Notes under the pieces: generated by a model
The model's database searches: none
What the model was told of the DNA's origin: nothing
The model's input: only the letters and a program-made list of their open reading frames with translations
Shown: in pieces, positions 8,945 to 19,000 of the stretch
How the letters are laid out: each line of letters starts with the position of its first letter
Numbering within the stretch: the stretch's first letter is position 1
Source: Pseudomonadota bacterium
Lineage (GTDB): Bacteria; Desulfobacterota; Desulfobulbia; Desulfobulbales; SURF-16
DNA length: 33,209 nt
Assembly: GCA_030597865.1 (NCBI GenBank)
Contig: JAUVQZ010000003.1
Coordinates: forward strand, 1 to 33,209
Reading direction: 5' to 3'
Program-made: the position numbers and the translations under genes

Positions 8945-9859
8945 TTATGATGCTATGGGTGTTGCCACCTGACTGGCGGGATAAATGGGGGGTGTTTTTT
9001 TGAGTCGGTCAATGACTGGTAACCGCCTAGGTACAGGTTGATCATTCTGGCCTTTTTGCTTAAGTGGCTTATGGGCAGTTTCCGGGACTGCTGGCTGTTG
9101 ATAGTGACTGCATACTTTGGTCGCAGCCTGCAGGTCCGCAATAGTATCAATCTCATACCAGCGATTGGCATCAAAGAAGACCGGGGCAAGGGATAGGCAA
9201 CCCTCGCTGACCATATCAGCGAAGATTGTTTCGTAATAGCCATTGACCATATTATTGGCAATATGGTGGTCTAATCTTTCTTGAACCCGTTGCCAGGTTA
9301 GGCTGGAAAGGCTGTATATATTGACGGTCTTGTAATGATTATCATCAGTTTTTTTATTGTTGGCCTGAAAGGCCTTAATCTTCTGGTGATTATTGATGGT
9401 CACTGTGGTGCCGTTCATCCAGGGCTGCAACCGGGAGATTGCGATCCGATCAGGCTGGAGCATATCCTCAAGCATTTTCGGGTCGAAAACAAGATCGCTC
9501 TCAATGAGCAGAAAAGGTTCATCTATTGCCTTGCTGGCCAGCCATAATGAGTAAATATTGTTGGTGGTCTTGTATAAGGGGCTGGCGATATAGGTGATTT
9601 CCATATTCCCGGCTCTGGTTCCAAGGAAATTGCGGATAGAATCACCCTGGTGACCGATGACAATAACCAGGCGCTTAAAGTTATGTGATTGGAGAGCGGC
9701 AACTAGCCTGTCAAGAATAGAGTTATTATCAACTTGCACTAAACATTTGGGTACGTTGTCGGTTAGAGGGGCCAGGCGACTGCCTGTTCCTGCTGCCAAC
9801 AGTAGAGCGGTTTGGACATGTGTTTTTTCTAGGCCTGGATGGTTAAGCAGATTCTTCAT
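8945..9859 (-). CDS. Nucleotidyltransferase, phosphocholine cytidylyltransferase (LicC)-like
   Basis: LLAAGTGSRL.PLT..VPKCL, YKTTNNIYSL, LIESDL, WYEIDTIADL. Confidence 0.85.
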   Translation of the reverse strand: MKNLLNHPGLEKTHVQTALLLAAGTGSRLAPLTDNVPKCLVQVDNNSILDRLVAALQSHNFKRLVIVIGHQGDSIRNFLGTRAGNMEITYIASPLYKTTNNIYSLWLASKAIDEPFLLIESDLVFDPKMLEDMLQPDRIAISRLQPWMNGTTVTINNHQKIKAFQANNKKTDDNHYKTVNIYSLSSLTWQRVQERLDHHIANNMVNGYYETIFADMVSEGCLSLAPVFFDANRWYEIDTIADLQAATKVCSHYQQPAVPETAHKPLKQKGQNDQPVPRRLPVIDRLKKTPPIYPASQVATPIAS

Positions 9860-10191
9860 ATTTCATTTTCTCCAATTGTATAACCGCCAAGGCCCAAAAG
9901 ACTATACCGCTGTAAATCCGCGGGTTGGTTATTTTGGTGTCGATTTCTTCAGAGAGATAAGCTGAATGGTATAAAGAATAAATCAGCAGAGGCCGAAGAT
10001 GTCGGCGATAAAAAAAGTTGCGATTGCCAAAAGGATCAGTTGGTCAATTCGGAAGGGCAACTTGACATGATACAGTAATGTTAGGTGATGAGTCAAGGTC
10101 TATTGGCTGATTGACGCCCCAGCCCTTATGGTTGCTCAACTCATCTCGGACAGGCTCCTAGCGGACTTATTGGGGCGAACTGGACTGTCTT

Positions 10192-10207
10192 GTCATTGGC
10201 CGTGCCG
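10192..10207 (-). promoter_or_regulatory. Possible sigma54 (-24/-12) promoter for the cytidylyltransferase operon
   Basis: Minus strand CGGCACGGCCAATGAC: GG-N10-GA with GGCACG core. The -12 element is non-canonical. Confidence 0.35.
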
Positions 10208-10633
10208 TGGATTTTGACAAAAAAGAGGACGCCATCATTCTAGATTCGGTGGAAAATATGGGCCATATGGGGGGTGACAATATTGACAGTGGAGCACCAG
10301 GTTAAAGTGGCAGGCCGAATTGGTTTGCTAGGCGGAGTTGCTGTGTTGGCCAGAATTCTAGAAGTCCTTTAGCAATTGAAATCTCTGGAAGAAAGCGACT
10401 GTGGCATATCGTTGGTTGGGCAATTTTTTGCTCATGGAATCGCCAGACTGCTTACGGCTCTGGCAGGATAGGCACTGGATGCAGTTAAATCGAGAAAGAG
10501 TGTTAATGTATGAGGTTAACGAGTCGTCCCGCCACCTATGTCCCATATCAGGCCCGCCACCCTTTGATTTGGCCAAAGTGAGCGATGATGGTGATCAAGG
10601 TATTTACTGAGAATAATCATGCAGATGATAAGC

Positions 10634-10829
10634 TTAACCTATTGATTCAATGAAGGTCTGTTCCAGTAGATCTTGGAAAAATTTAACATCATATTGAAGG
10701 ATATGATCCTTATGCCAATTGGCTAAAAGATTACCGATTTTCTTAAAATCAAACTTTTGGTCTGCCCGGGACTGCTCTTCATACTTTCTTGCCTTTTTCG
10801 TAAACTCACAATGTAACTGGTGATGAGTG
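10634..10829 (-). pseudogene. Bacteriohemerythrin C-terminal remnant
   Basis: HHQLHCEF (HxxxH) and NWHKDHILQYD (WxxxHIxxxD) iron-ligand motifs. The N-terminal half is replaced by the IS-like sequence. Confidence 0.65.
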
Positions 10830-10906
10830 TGAATCGCCCCTGGCTTAGTAGGCACTTCTGGAGGCATTTTTTTACTCAGGGAGGGGCTTTTTCCCGGGGC
10901 GATTCA
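10830..10906. mobile_element. 77-bp non-autonomous or deleted IS3-family-like mini-element
   Basis: Ends TGAATCGCCCCTGG and CCCGGGGCGATTCA match at 13/14, with TG...CA termini resembling IS629/IS51-group ends. No transposase and no target duplication. Confidence 0.6.
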
Positions 10907-10997
10907 CTTCGCAGAAATAATCCGCTATTCTAATCATGACCCGATCTTGAAAAAAGTCGTTCGCCAGAATCGACTAAGTCATGGAAGAGAGAAAAAA

Positions 10998-12773
10998 ATG
11001 CCTGATATAAACAAATCACTTTTATACATAGATGATAACAAAGTGATGCTGAAAATGGTGGGCAGATTTTTTGAAAAATTGGGATATTCTGTCCATCTTG
11101 CTGAAGATGGTAAAAAAGGGATAGAGGTTTTCCGGGAGGTCACCCCTGATATTGTTCTGGTGGACCTTAACATGCCGGAAATGGATGGATTTGGCGTGCT
11201 TGACATACTCTCCAGTGAATATCCAGACATACCGGTAATAGTCATCTCGGGTGATGAAGAGACCGCTGACGTGATACGAGCCTTACGTCTTGGCGCCTGG
11301 AATTACTACACCAAGCCCATCAAAGATCTCGCTCTCATCAGACACGCAGTGGAGGAGGCACTTGATAAGGCAAATCTGCGTAAAGAAAACAAGGCGTACC
11401 AGAAAGGTCTTGAAAGGAAGCTGAGCACAATAATTGATAACTTTCCCGGCTTTGTTTACACCTGTGATAAAGACCACCGGATTAGCTATGTGAACCCACC
11501 CCTCACTTCGTACTTAGGATATGACGCCACTGGCTCTTTATGCCATAAGGCCCTTTTTGGTTTTAACTCCCCATGTCCTTGGTGCGACGATATTTTGCCT
11601 GTTCGCGGCCAGTTTGTAAAACAGGAAATACAGAGCCCGCAGGATGGCCGTTGGTATAGGGTTATTTTGTCGCCGATTCTTGATCAGAATGGAGACCTTT
11701 GGGAACGTGAGGTGATTTTATATGACATTACCGAAAGGAAGCAGCAGATACTTGACCTTGAGGAGAAGGAGAAGTCTTTGCGCAAGGAAAATATACTCTT
11801 ACGCTCCACCTTATCAGACCGTTATAAATTAGGTGGTATCATTGGTAAAAGTAAACCTATGCAGGAGGTTTACGAAACTATTCTTAATGCTGCTGCCAGT
11901 GATGCCAGCGTGATCATTTATGGTGAATCAGGCACGGGAAAGGAGCTTGTGGCAAGCGCTATCCACGAGAACAGTGAGCGAAAAGAGCAATCTCTTGTTT
12001 ACGTAAACTGCGGCGCAATACCGGAAAACCTCATTGAGAGCGAATTCTTTGGATACAAAAAAGGGGCATTCACCGGGGCTAACAAGGATAAACCGGGATA
12101 TCTAGATAGTGCTGACAAAGGGACTTTATTCCTGGACGAGGTGGGGGAAATTCCGCTCAATATGCAGGTTAAACTCTTGCGAGCTATAGAGGGAAACGGT
12201 TTTACGCCCATAGGCGGTACTGAAGTAAAGAAACCTGATGTCCGCATCATTGCTGCTACCAATAGAGACCTGATGGAAGAGGTCAAACAGGGCAGAATGC
12301 GCCAGGATTTTCTCTATCGTATTCATATTATTCCGATTCACATTCCTGCCTTGAGAGAGCGTAAGGAGGATATACCCCTCCTGGTGGAGCATTTTCTTGT
12401 CCACCACGAAACTGATACAGTTCCTCCTGTTTCACCTTCAGTAACAAAGGCATTACAGCAATATGATTGGCCGGGAAATGTTCGGGAGCTCCAGAATACC
12501 CTGAAAAGATTTGTTACCCTGAAAAAGCTTGATTTCATGGGGGGTGACCTGCCGGAGACAGCAGAGGAGGAAGTCTTTGCAGGAGTAGGATCTGAACTGG
12601 GGCGACTGTCGTTGTCTGTTCTTCTTGAAGTCGTTGAAAAAAAGATACTGCTGAATATGCTCGACAAGTATGATTTTAACCGGAGAGCAACTGCAGAGGC
12701 ACTGCAGGTTGACCGCAAAACGCTGTACCGGAAAATGAAACACTTTGGCATAGAAGGCGAGCTTCACAAATAA
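10998..12773 (+). CDS. Sigma54-dependent Fis-family regulator (REC-PAS-AAA+-HTH)
   Basis: REC (IDD, VDLNMP, KP), PAS, GESGTGKE, GAFTGA, LFLDEV, WPGNVREL, C-terminal HTH. Start taken at MPDINK. Confidence 0.9.
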   Translation: MPDINKSLLYIDDNKVMLKMVGRFFEKLGYSVHLAEDGKKGIEVFREVTPDIVLVDLNMPEMDGFGVLDILSSEYPDIPVIVISGDEETADVIRALRLGAWNYYTKPIKDLALIRHAVEEALDKANLRKENKAYQKGLERKLSTIIDNFPGFVYTCDKDHRISYVNPPLTSYLGYDATGSLCHKALFGFNSPCPWCDDILPVRGQFVKQEIQSPQDGRWYRVILSPILDQNGDLWEREVILYDITERKQQILDLEEKEKSLRKENILLRSTLSDRYKLGGIIGKSKPMQEVYETILNAAASDASVIIYGESGTGKELVASAIHENSERKEQSLVYVNCGAIPENLIESEFFGYKKGAFTGANKDKPGYLDSADKGTLFLDEVGEIPLNMQVKLLRAIEGNGFTPIGGTEVKKPDVRIIAATNRDLMEEVKQGRMRQDFLYRIHIIPIHIPALRERKEDIPLLVEHFLVHHETDTVPPVSPSVTKALQQYDWPGNVRELQNTLKRFVTLKKLDFMGGDLPETAEEEVFAGVGSELGRLSLSVLLEVVEKKILLNMLDKYDFNRRATAEALQVDRKTLYRKMKHFGIEGELHK

Positions 12774-12871
12774 TCTCATTGTAACTGTTGTCTATACGGC
12801 GACGATTCCCCCCCCCATTACTATTCCTCACTCCTTTTTTGATCTTGTCTTAGGCTGAAAATCAGCTAGTT

Positions 12872-12909
12872 GGGGCATAACTGCCCCGAGAACGGGGTCT
12901 ATATGCCCC
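12872..12909. promoter_or_regulatory. Two tandem palindromic sites, putative enhancer (UAS) for the MCP promoter
   Basis: GGGGCATAACTGCCCC (12872-12887) and GGGGTCTATATGCCCC (12894-12909), 22 bp apart. Confidence 0.6.
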
Positions 12910-13069
12910 TTTCGAGCATTTTCTAATTGTTTCAGAAAGTTATCCTTTAAATCCCCTCTGTTTTTCCCTTCTGTGCCCCTAGAAAAGGCATTGCCCCCTC
13001 ATGCTTTTCCTTAGGTGTTTGTCAAAAACTATCTGTTGTTACAGCTACTTGTCGTGTTTTTTGGGGTTT

Positions 13070-13085
13070 TGGCATGGTTGTTGAA
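13070..13085 (+). promoter_or_regulatory. Sigma54 -24/-12 promoter
   Basis: TGGCATGGTTGTTGAA (GG-N10-GA), about 55 nt before the MCP start, which has a GGAGG RBS. Confidence 0.6.
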
Positions 13086-13140
13086 TTTAAGTATCAGCAA
13101 CCTGTAACTTAATCATGTCATTTGGCATGGAGGAGGCATT

Positions 13141-14718
13141 ATGAAAAATGTGAGATTATCGGTAAAAATAGGAGGGGGGTTTACACTCATCGCCATGATC
13201 CTATTTATCCTTATTGCCTTGTCTTATCATGGTTCACAAAAAAATGTGCACCTCCTTGATGAGTCGATAGTGATGAGCAGGCAAACGTCCATGCTTCAAG
13301 AGATCAAATACAGTGTGGCCCAGGTTCAGCAGTGGTTGACGGATATTTCAGCAACACGCGGACTGGACGGCCTCAATGACGGCTTTGAAGAAGCCAAAGC
13401 TCACAGAGATACGTTCTACGAATACCAGGGAAAACTCTTAAGCGAATACAGGGAGCGAAATGAGACTGACCTGGTGAAGGCCGTTGAGGAGCTTGGCTTA
13501 CAATTTGACGCTTATTATGAAAACGGCAAAAAAATGGCCCGGGGTTATATTGATGGCGGTCCTGCTGTTGGCAATCAAATGATGGGTGACTTTGACGCTG
13601 TTGCGGCAGAGCTCCAGGACACACTGACATCCATAACAGAAGGAGAAGTACAAGAGCATGCTACTGTTTTTGCGGCCCTTAGCACAGGGGTTAATGATAT
13701 TACCTGGAACATTGCCATAGGAGGATCCGTTGCTATTATATTAAGCGCCTTTCTTGGTTTTATTATAACAGGCGCTGTTAGCCGGCCAATAAAAAAAGCA
13801 ACAGCACAGCTAACTGAGGGTGCAGACCAGGTCAACAACTCATCAGAACACATTGCCGCCGCAAGTCAGACGCTGGCTGAAGGAACAACTGAGCAGGCCG
13901 CAGGACTTGAAGAGACATCGTCCTCCCTTGAAGAGCTCTCAGCCATGACCTTGCAGAACGCCAGTAATGCCAACGCCGTCAACGCAATGATGTCTGAGGC
14001 AAATGATCTCGTTGAACGCTCAAGCAAATCCATGGATCAGCTAACCTTATCCATGCAGGAAATTGCCACTGCCAGTGGAGAGACCCAGAAAATTATCAAA
14101 ACCATTGATGATATAGCCTTTCAAACAAACCTCCTCTCCCTGAATGCTGCAGTTGAAGCTGCACGGGCAGGTGAGGCAGGGGCAGGGTTTGCCGTTGTTG
14201 CCGATGAGGTGCGGAATTTAGCAATGCGCGCTTCTGAGGCTGCGAAAGGTACCAGTGAGCTTATCGAGAATTCGCTGACAAAGATTCAGTCAGGCCACCA
14301 GCTTGCCGAAAAGTGTAATGAAGATTTCAGCAAGGTTGCCGAAAATGCCCAGAAGGTTGATGTCCTAGTGGGAGAAATTGCTACAGCCGTTAATGAACAA
14401 TCAGTGGGGATCAGCCAAATCACCACAGCTGTGAATGAGATGGACAAGGTAACTCAGAATAATGCGGCCAATGCAGAAGAGTCCGCGGCAGCGGCAGAAG
14501 AACTCGATACTCTTTCAGAGCAGCTTAGAGAAACCATTCGCGGATTACAGCATATGATAGATGGTGATGAGAACGTTCCAGTATGTAGACCTCCTTTGAG
14601 AGCAAAACAAAAAGCTCTTCCTGAAGGCAGGAGAAACACTGCTGGCAGGCTTATGGGGAACCTTGAAAACATGATTCCTTTGGGTCAACGAGAGGCTTAC
14701 GATTTCGAGGATTTTTAA
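13141..14718 (+). CDS. Methyl-accepting chemotaxis protein with C-terminal CheR-tethering-type pentapeptide
   Basis: Two TM helices, [37 protein letters not shown] hairpin tip, C-terminal DFEDF. Confidence 0.92.
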   Translation: MKNVRLSVKIGGGFTLIAMILFILIALSYHGSQKNVHLLDESIVMSRQTSMLQEIKYSVAQVQQWLTDISATRGLDGLNDGFEEAKAHRDTFYEYQGKLLSEYRERNETDLVKAVEELGLQFDAYYENGKKMARGYIDGGPAVGNQMMGDFDAVAAELQDTLTSITEGEVQEHATVFAALSTGVNDITWNIAIGGSVAIILSAFLGFIITGAVSRPIKKATAQLTEGADQVNNSSEHIAAASQTLAEGTTEQAAGLEETSSSLEELSAMTLQNASNANAVNAMMSEANDLVERSSKSMDQLTLSMQEIATASGETQKIIKTIDDIAFQTNLLSLNAAVEAARAGEAGAGFAVVADEVRNLAMRASEAAKGTSELIENSLTKIQSGHQLAEKCNEDFSKVAENAQKVDVLVGEIATAVNEQSVGISQITTAVNEMDKVTQNNAANAEESAAAAEELDTLSEQLRETIRGLQHMIDGDENVPVCRPPLRAKQKALPEGRRNTAGRLMGNLENMIPLGQREAYDFEDF

Positions 14719-14793
14719 ATGCTTATTACCTTAATCTAATAAGCAGGGCAGGAGATCCCGTCTTGCTTATTAGATTTATTGGAGGAGCAAAGG

Positions 14794-14874
14794 GTGAATG
14801 AAACAATCAGCCAATCTGGCAAATTACTCATTTTTAAATTAGCGAAAGAAGAATATGGAATCTTCTTGGAATAA
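14794..14874 (+). pseudogene. cheW: CheW N-terminal remnant (26 aa)
   Basis: GGAGG RBS and GTG start, translating MNETISQSGKLLIFKLAKEEYGIFLE*, which matches the CheW first strands GKYLTFxLxxEEYGI. Confidence 0.6.
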
Positions 14875-15122
14875 AAACAAAAAAGTCCAAAGACGGCTGA
14901 TGTTTTGGCGTATAAGGTGCTTTTTGAGGGAAAAAAGGGCACCCTAAGATATTTTATCTAACCTGTGAATGCATGGGGTCTCTCGGCGCCATTCTGTTAT
15001 TCCCTTTCCCTGAACATGATTGTCGGTTAGAAGGTTTGTTTGGGATAAGGGATTTGTTAATGGTTGTAAACGTGTCGTTTCCCGGCCGTAAAAAAGCAAG
15101 TATTCAAGGTAGCTTTAAGAAG

Positions 15123-15542
15123 ATGACTAAAAAAAATATACCAACGCCTATCTGTACAACCTGCAGGGAGTCGGGCGCCCAAAACTATAAAGATGGCGAA
15201 ACCTCTTATATCTGCCCCAATTGCGGTACGGAAATGAGATACCTGCCGGCCGGAGAGCTGTTGAGTTCCGGCGGTAATAAGGGGGAAGAAAATAATGGCT
15301 GGGTGACGAAGTTTTCCGTACTCAGCTCTGAACTCTACTCCGCTAGGGCGATTTTCGGCATAGGTGTTCTGGTCCTGGTTTTAACCCTTTCCTTTTTATG
15401 GTTTGGGGAAATTGGCACTGACAGCGCCCTTTGGAGCGCCGGGTCAGGAGTTTTTCTGGTTGCCCTGGGCATAATTAAATCGATTATGCAGAAGAGAAAA
15501 ATGAAAACGGTCATAGACCAGTATCCCCACTGGAAAAAATGA
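15123..15542 (+). CDS. Small membrane protein with N-terminal zinc ribbon
   Basis: CTTC...CPNCG followed by two TM helices. Start MTKKNI preferred over the ORF-track start at 14973. Confidence 0.55.
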   Translation: MTKKNIPTPICTTCRESGAQNYKDGETSYICPNCGTEMRYLPAGELLSSGGNKGEENNGWVTKFSVLSSELYSARAIFGIGVLVLVLTLSFLWFGEIGTDSALWSAGSGVFLVALGIIKSIMQKRKMKTVIDQYPHWKK

Positions 15543-16025
15543 TTGCCGCGTTGGTTTCCCTTTTCACCCCCAACCCTTTGCCAATTGACCCAGGTAATGA
15601 CGATTATTGGATCGAAAGTGAAAGGGGCAGATCCCTGTTTAGTGGCCACCGCAAATATCTTCAGGCAGAATTCTGACCCGGTAAGATGGTGTGAGGCCGA
15701 TGTTGATGGGCGCCCAAATCCGGCTGTTTTTTCGTTTTCTGTTGTCCTCTGCTCCTTTTGGGATTTCCCAGGATTATGAACCCTAAGCAGCATCCTTTGG
15801 GTAGATTCTCAAACATTTCACCCCGCCCTCTCCTAACAGTTTTATTGTTGCCAGGTATGATCCTAAGGAATTAAGGAGAGTGCTTAATTCCCAGCTGGCA
15901 AGCGTCTTTTTCGAAAAACAAACATTAATAGTGGAGATGTCATAGGCCTGCCGTGCCTTTGCATTAACATGGTGATCTGCCCTTTTTCACCTGAAGAAAA
16001 GTTGCGGATAAAATTCACCTGACGG

Positions 16026-19000
16026 ATGAGCAACATGCTAGATGACCAACAAAAGATACTCGTTGTGGATGACAATCCAGTTATTCTGAAGCTGATGACG
16101 AATTTTCTGGCTGAGCGCCAAGGGCATCATGTGCTCACCGCCGCAAATGGCCTGGAGGCCCTTGAGATACTCGAAGATTTTGTGCCGGATGTCATTTTTG
16201 TTGACTGGATAATGAACAAAATTTCCGGGGATCAACTGTGTAGAATCATTCGCAGCAAGCCGCAGTTGCAAGACTGCTTTTTGGTGATTCTTTCATCCAT
16301 GGCCGCTGAGGCAGAGGCCGACTTGCTTGCTGTTGGGGCAGACGCCTACATTGCCAAGGGGCCTTTCAAAAGAACAGCGCAGCATATCCAGACTTTGTTG
16401 GAGGAAGTGGCCCTCAAAACGGCAAAGGATTTCTCGCAAACCATACTGGGTCTGGATGAAGTCCACCAACGGCAGGCTACCCAAGAATTGTTGAGGCGCA
16501 ATAGGCATCACGAGCTTATTTTGCAAAACATCTCTGATGGAATTATCGAACTGGCATCAGATACCGGCATCATCGATTTGAGTCAAGGATCCCGCGTTAT
16601 TTTTGCGAACCAGGCTGCCTGCCGATTTATTGGCGGCAGCGAGGAAAAATTGTTGGCCTCCCGTTTAACGGAGCATCTAAGTGATGCAGATCAAAAGAGG
16701 CTTGAGGGAATATTAGCCGGCATTAAGGACCAACCCGTAACCCTTGGGGATGATCAGCCATTGTTGGTCAATGGTAGATATTTGAGCGTTATTTTCATCC
16801 CCTTTGTCGACAACCAAGAGAAATATGTCATTGGCGTATTGCGGGATATTACCGCCAAGAAAAAGGCTGAGATCGCCTTAGAAAAAAGTGGCCAACGTCT
16901 GCAGCTGGCAACTGAAGATGCTAAAAGAAAGGAATATTTGCTGCAAAGTATTATCACCTCCGCACCGGTGGGCATCAGCCTGGCCGTTGGTCGCAAGATC
17001 TACTGGGCCAACGAGAAGCTCAGCGAGATTACCGGCTACTCTGCGGAAGAATTACAGGGCCTGAGTGCCCGCATGTTCTATGTCAACGATGAAGAGTTTG
17101 AACGGGTTGGTCAGGAAATATACGGCTCAATAGAAAAGCACGGTACAGGCGCGGCAGAAACGCAATGGCAGCGCAAAGACGGTTCGATCATTGATGTTCT
17201 TTTAAATGCCAGCAGTGTTGATCTTCAGGATTTTACAGACAGTGTCACCTTCACCGTCCTTGATGTCACTCAGCAAAAAAAGGCCGAGCGTGCCCTGCAT
17301 GACAGCGAGCAACGGCTGCAGCTGGCCCTGGAGGGCGCCGATCTAGGCATGTGGGACTGGGATATTCAGAGCGGCAGCATTTACTATAGCCCCCGCTATC
17401 TCTCCATGCTGGGCTATGGCCCCACAGAGCTGCCCCATACCCTGGCCACCTGGGAAGGCCTCCTTCATCCAGATGACCTGCAGCCCACCAGGCAACATCT
17501 TCTCGACTGTCTGGCCCAAGAACCCTCCCGCTGGAGCCTGGAGTTTCGCCTGCGGGCCAAGGATGGTGGCTACCTGTGGATCCTCGGTCGCGGTCAGGTG
17601 GTTGACTATGGACCGGACGGCAGCCCGCTCAGGGCCGCAGGAACCCACCTCGATATCACGGATCATAAGAGGGCGGACGAGGCCTTGAAGAAGTCAGCCC
17701 GGGAGTGGTCGGCTGCCATGGATGCCTCTGACGATATCATCTATCTCCTGGATATGGAGCGCCGCATCCTCCGGGCCAACAGGGCCTTCTGCCGGATCAC
17801 AGGCACCACGGAAGAGGCCCTCATTGGCCGGTATATTGTCGATATTATGCATTTGCAGCAGGAGGAGAAGAGGCTTTGTCCTATCTGTCGGATCCAGGAG
17901 GGAAAACGGGATGCGGAGATTATCTTGGAGGCGAATGATCCAGATAATCCCACCAGCTTCCCGCTTCGGGTAGTTGTCAGGGTGGTCCGGGGTGACCAGG
18001 GCCAGCCCATAAGTATGCTGATGAATCTCCATGACCTGAGCAGCCAGCGACAGATTGAGGAATCGTTACGGCGCAGCAAGGAGGAGTGGGAGAAGACCTT
18101 TGACTCCATGAGCGATATCGTTACCATTCAGGACAGGGATATGCGCATTGTCCGGGCCAACAGGGCGGCCCACGATATGCTGGGGGCAGAGTTAGGAGAT
18201 CTCAATGGCCAGCTCTGCTACCGGCTTTTTTCCGGCACCACCACACCCTGTTCCGGCTGCCCTGAGGTCGACACCCTTAACAGCCGCGAGTCCCATTCGG
18301 CCATTATCCGCCATGAAAAGCTAGGAAAGATTTTTCTCGTTTCATCCAGCCCCATCCTTGATGACAATAAGGAGGTGCAGTACCTGGTCCATGTTGCCAA
18401 GGACATCACCGAGCAGAGACGTCTTGAAGAACAACAGGATATGCTCTACAGCCTCATTCAGCAGTCCAATGACGCCATCTATGTCATTGATCCGGTCAGC
18501 GCCGACATCCTCTTTGTCAACCGCCAGGGCCTTGAGAATCTTGGCTATGGGTGCGATGAGATGGTGAACCTGACCATCTACGACATCGCCCATCGGCTGG
18601 CAAGCGAGGAGGATTGGCAGCAAAGTCTGGCGACGATCAGGAGGCACGGTACCTATCTCTTTGAGACCAGCCAGAGGAGGAAGGATAATTCCCTGCTGCC
18701 GGTGGAGGTCAATGCCCGGGTCAGCCGCTATAACGGCCAGGATTTTGTCGTTGCCGTGGTGCGCGACATCAGCGAGCGCAAGAGGGCCGCGGAAAAGGTG
18801 CTCCAGGAGAAGAATAAGCTGGAGGCCGTGGTCTCGGCCCTGGGCAGCGGTCTTACCTTCCAGGATCGCCATTTCAGGGTTATTTACCAGAATAATGTCC
18901 ATAAAGAGATGCAGGGTGATCAGCTGGGGAAATTCTGTTATGAGGCCTATCATGGTCGGGATAAGGTCTGCCCGGGTTGCCTGCTGGCCAAATGTTTTGT

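Noticed and set aside
10115-10177. Known riboswitch (c-di-AMP/ydaO, guanidine-I/ykkC, M-box, c-di-GMP-I)
   Set aside because: Only short fragments such as TTGGGGCGAA resemble a consensus and the other conserved blocks are missing. Kept only as an unclassified candidate.
10358-10610. Short ORFs on both strands
   Set aside because: No motifs, no RBS and atypical composition.
13123-13137. Second GG-N10-GC sigma54-like match (TGGCATGGAGGAGGC)
   Set aside because: It overlaps the RBS and would put +1 inside the coding sequence.
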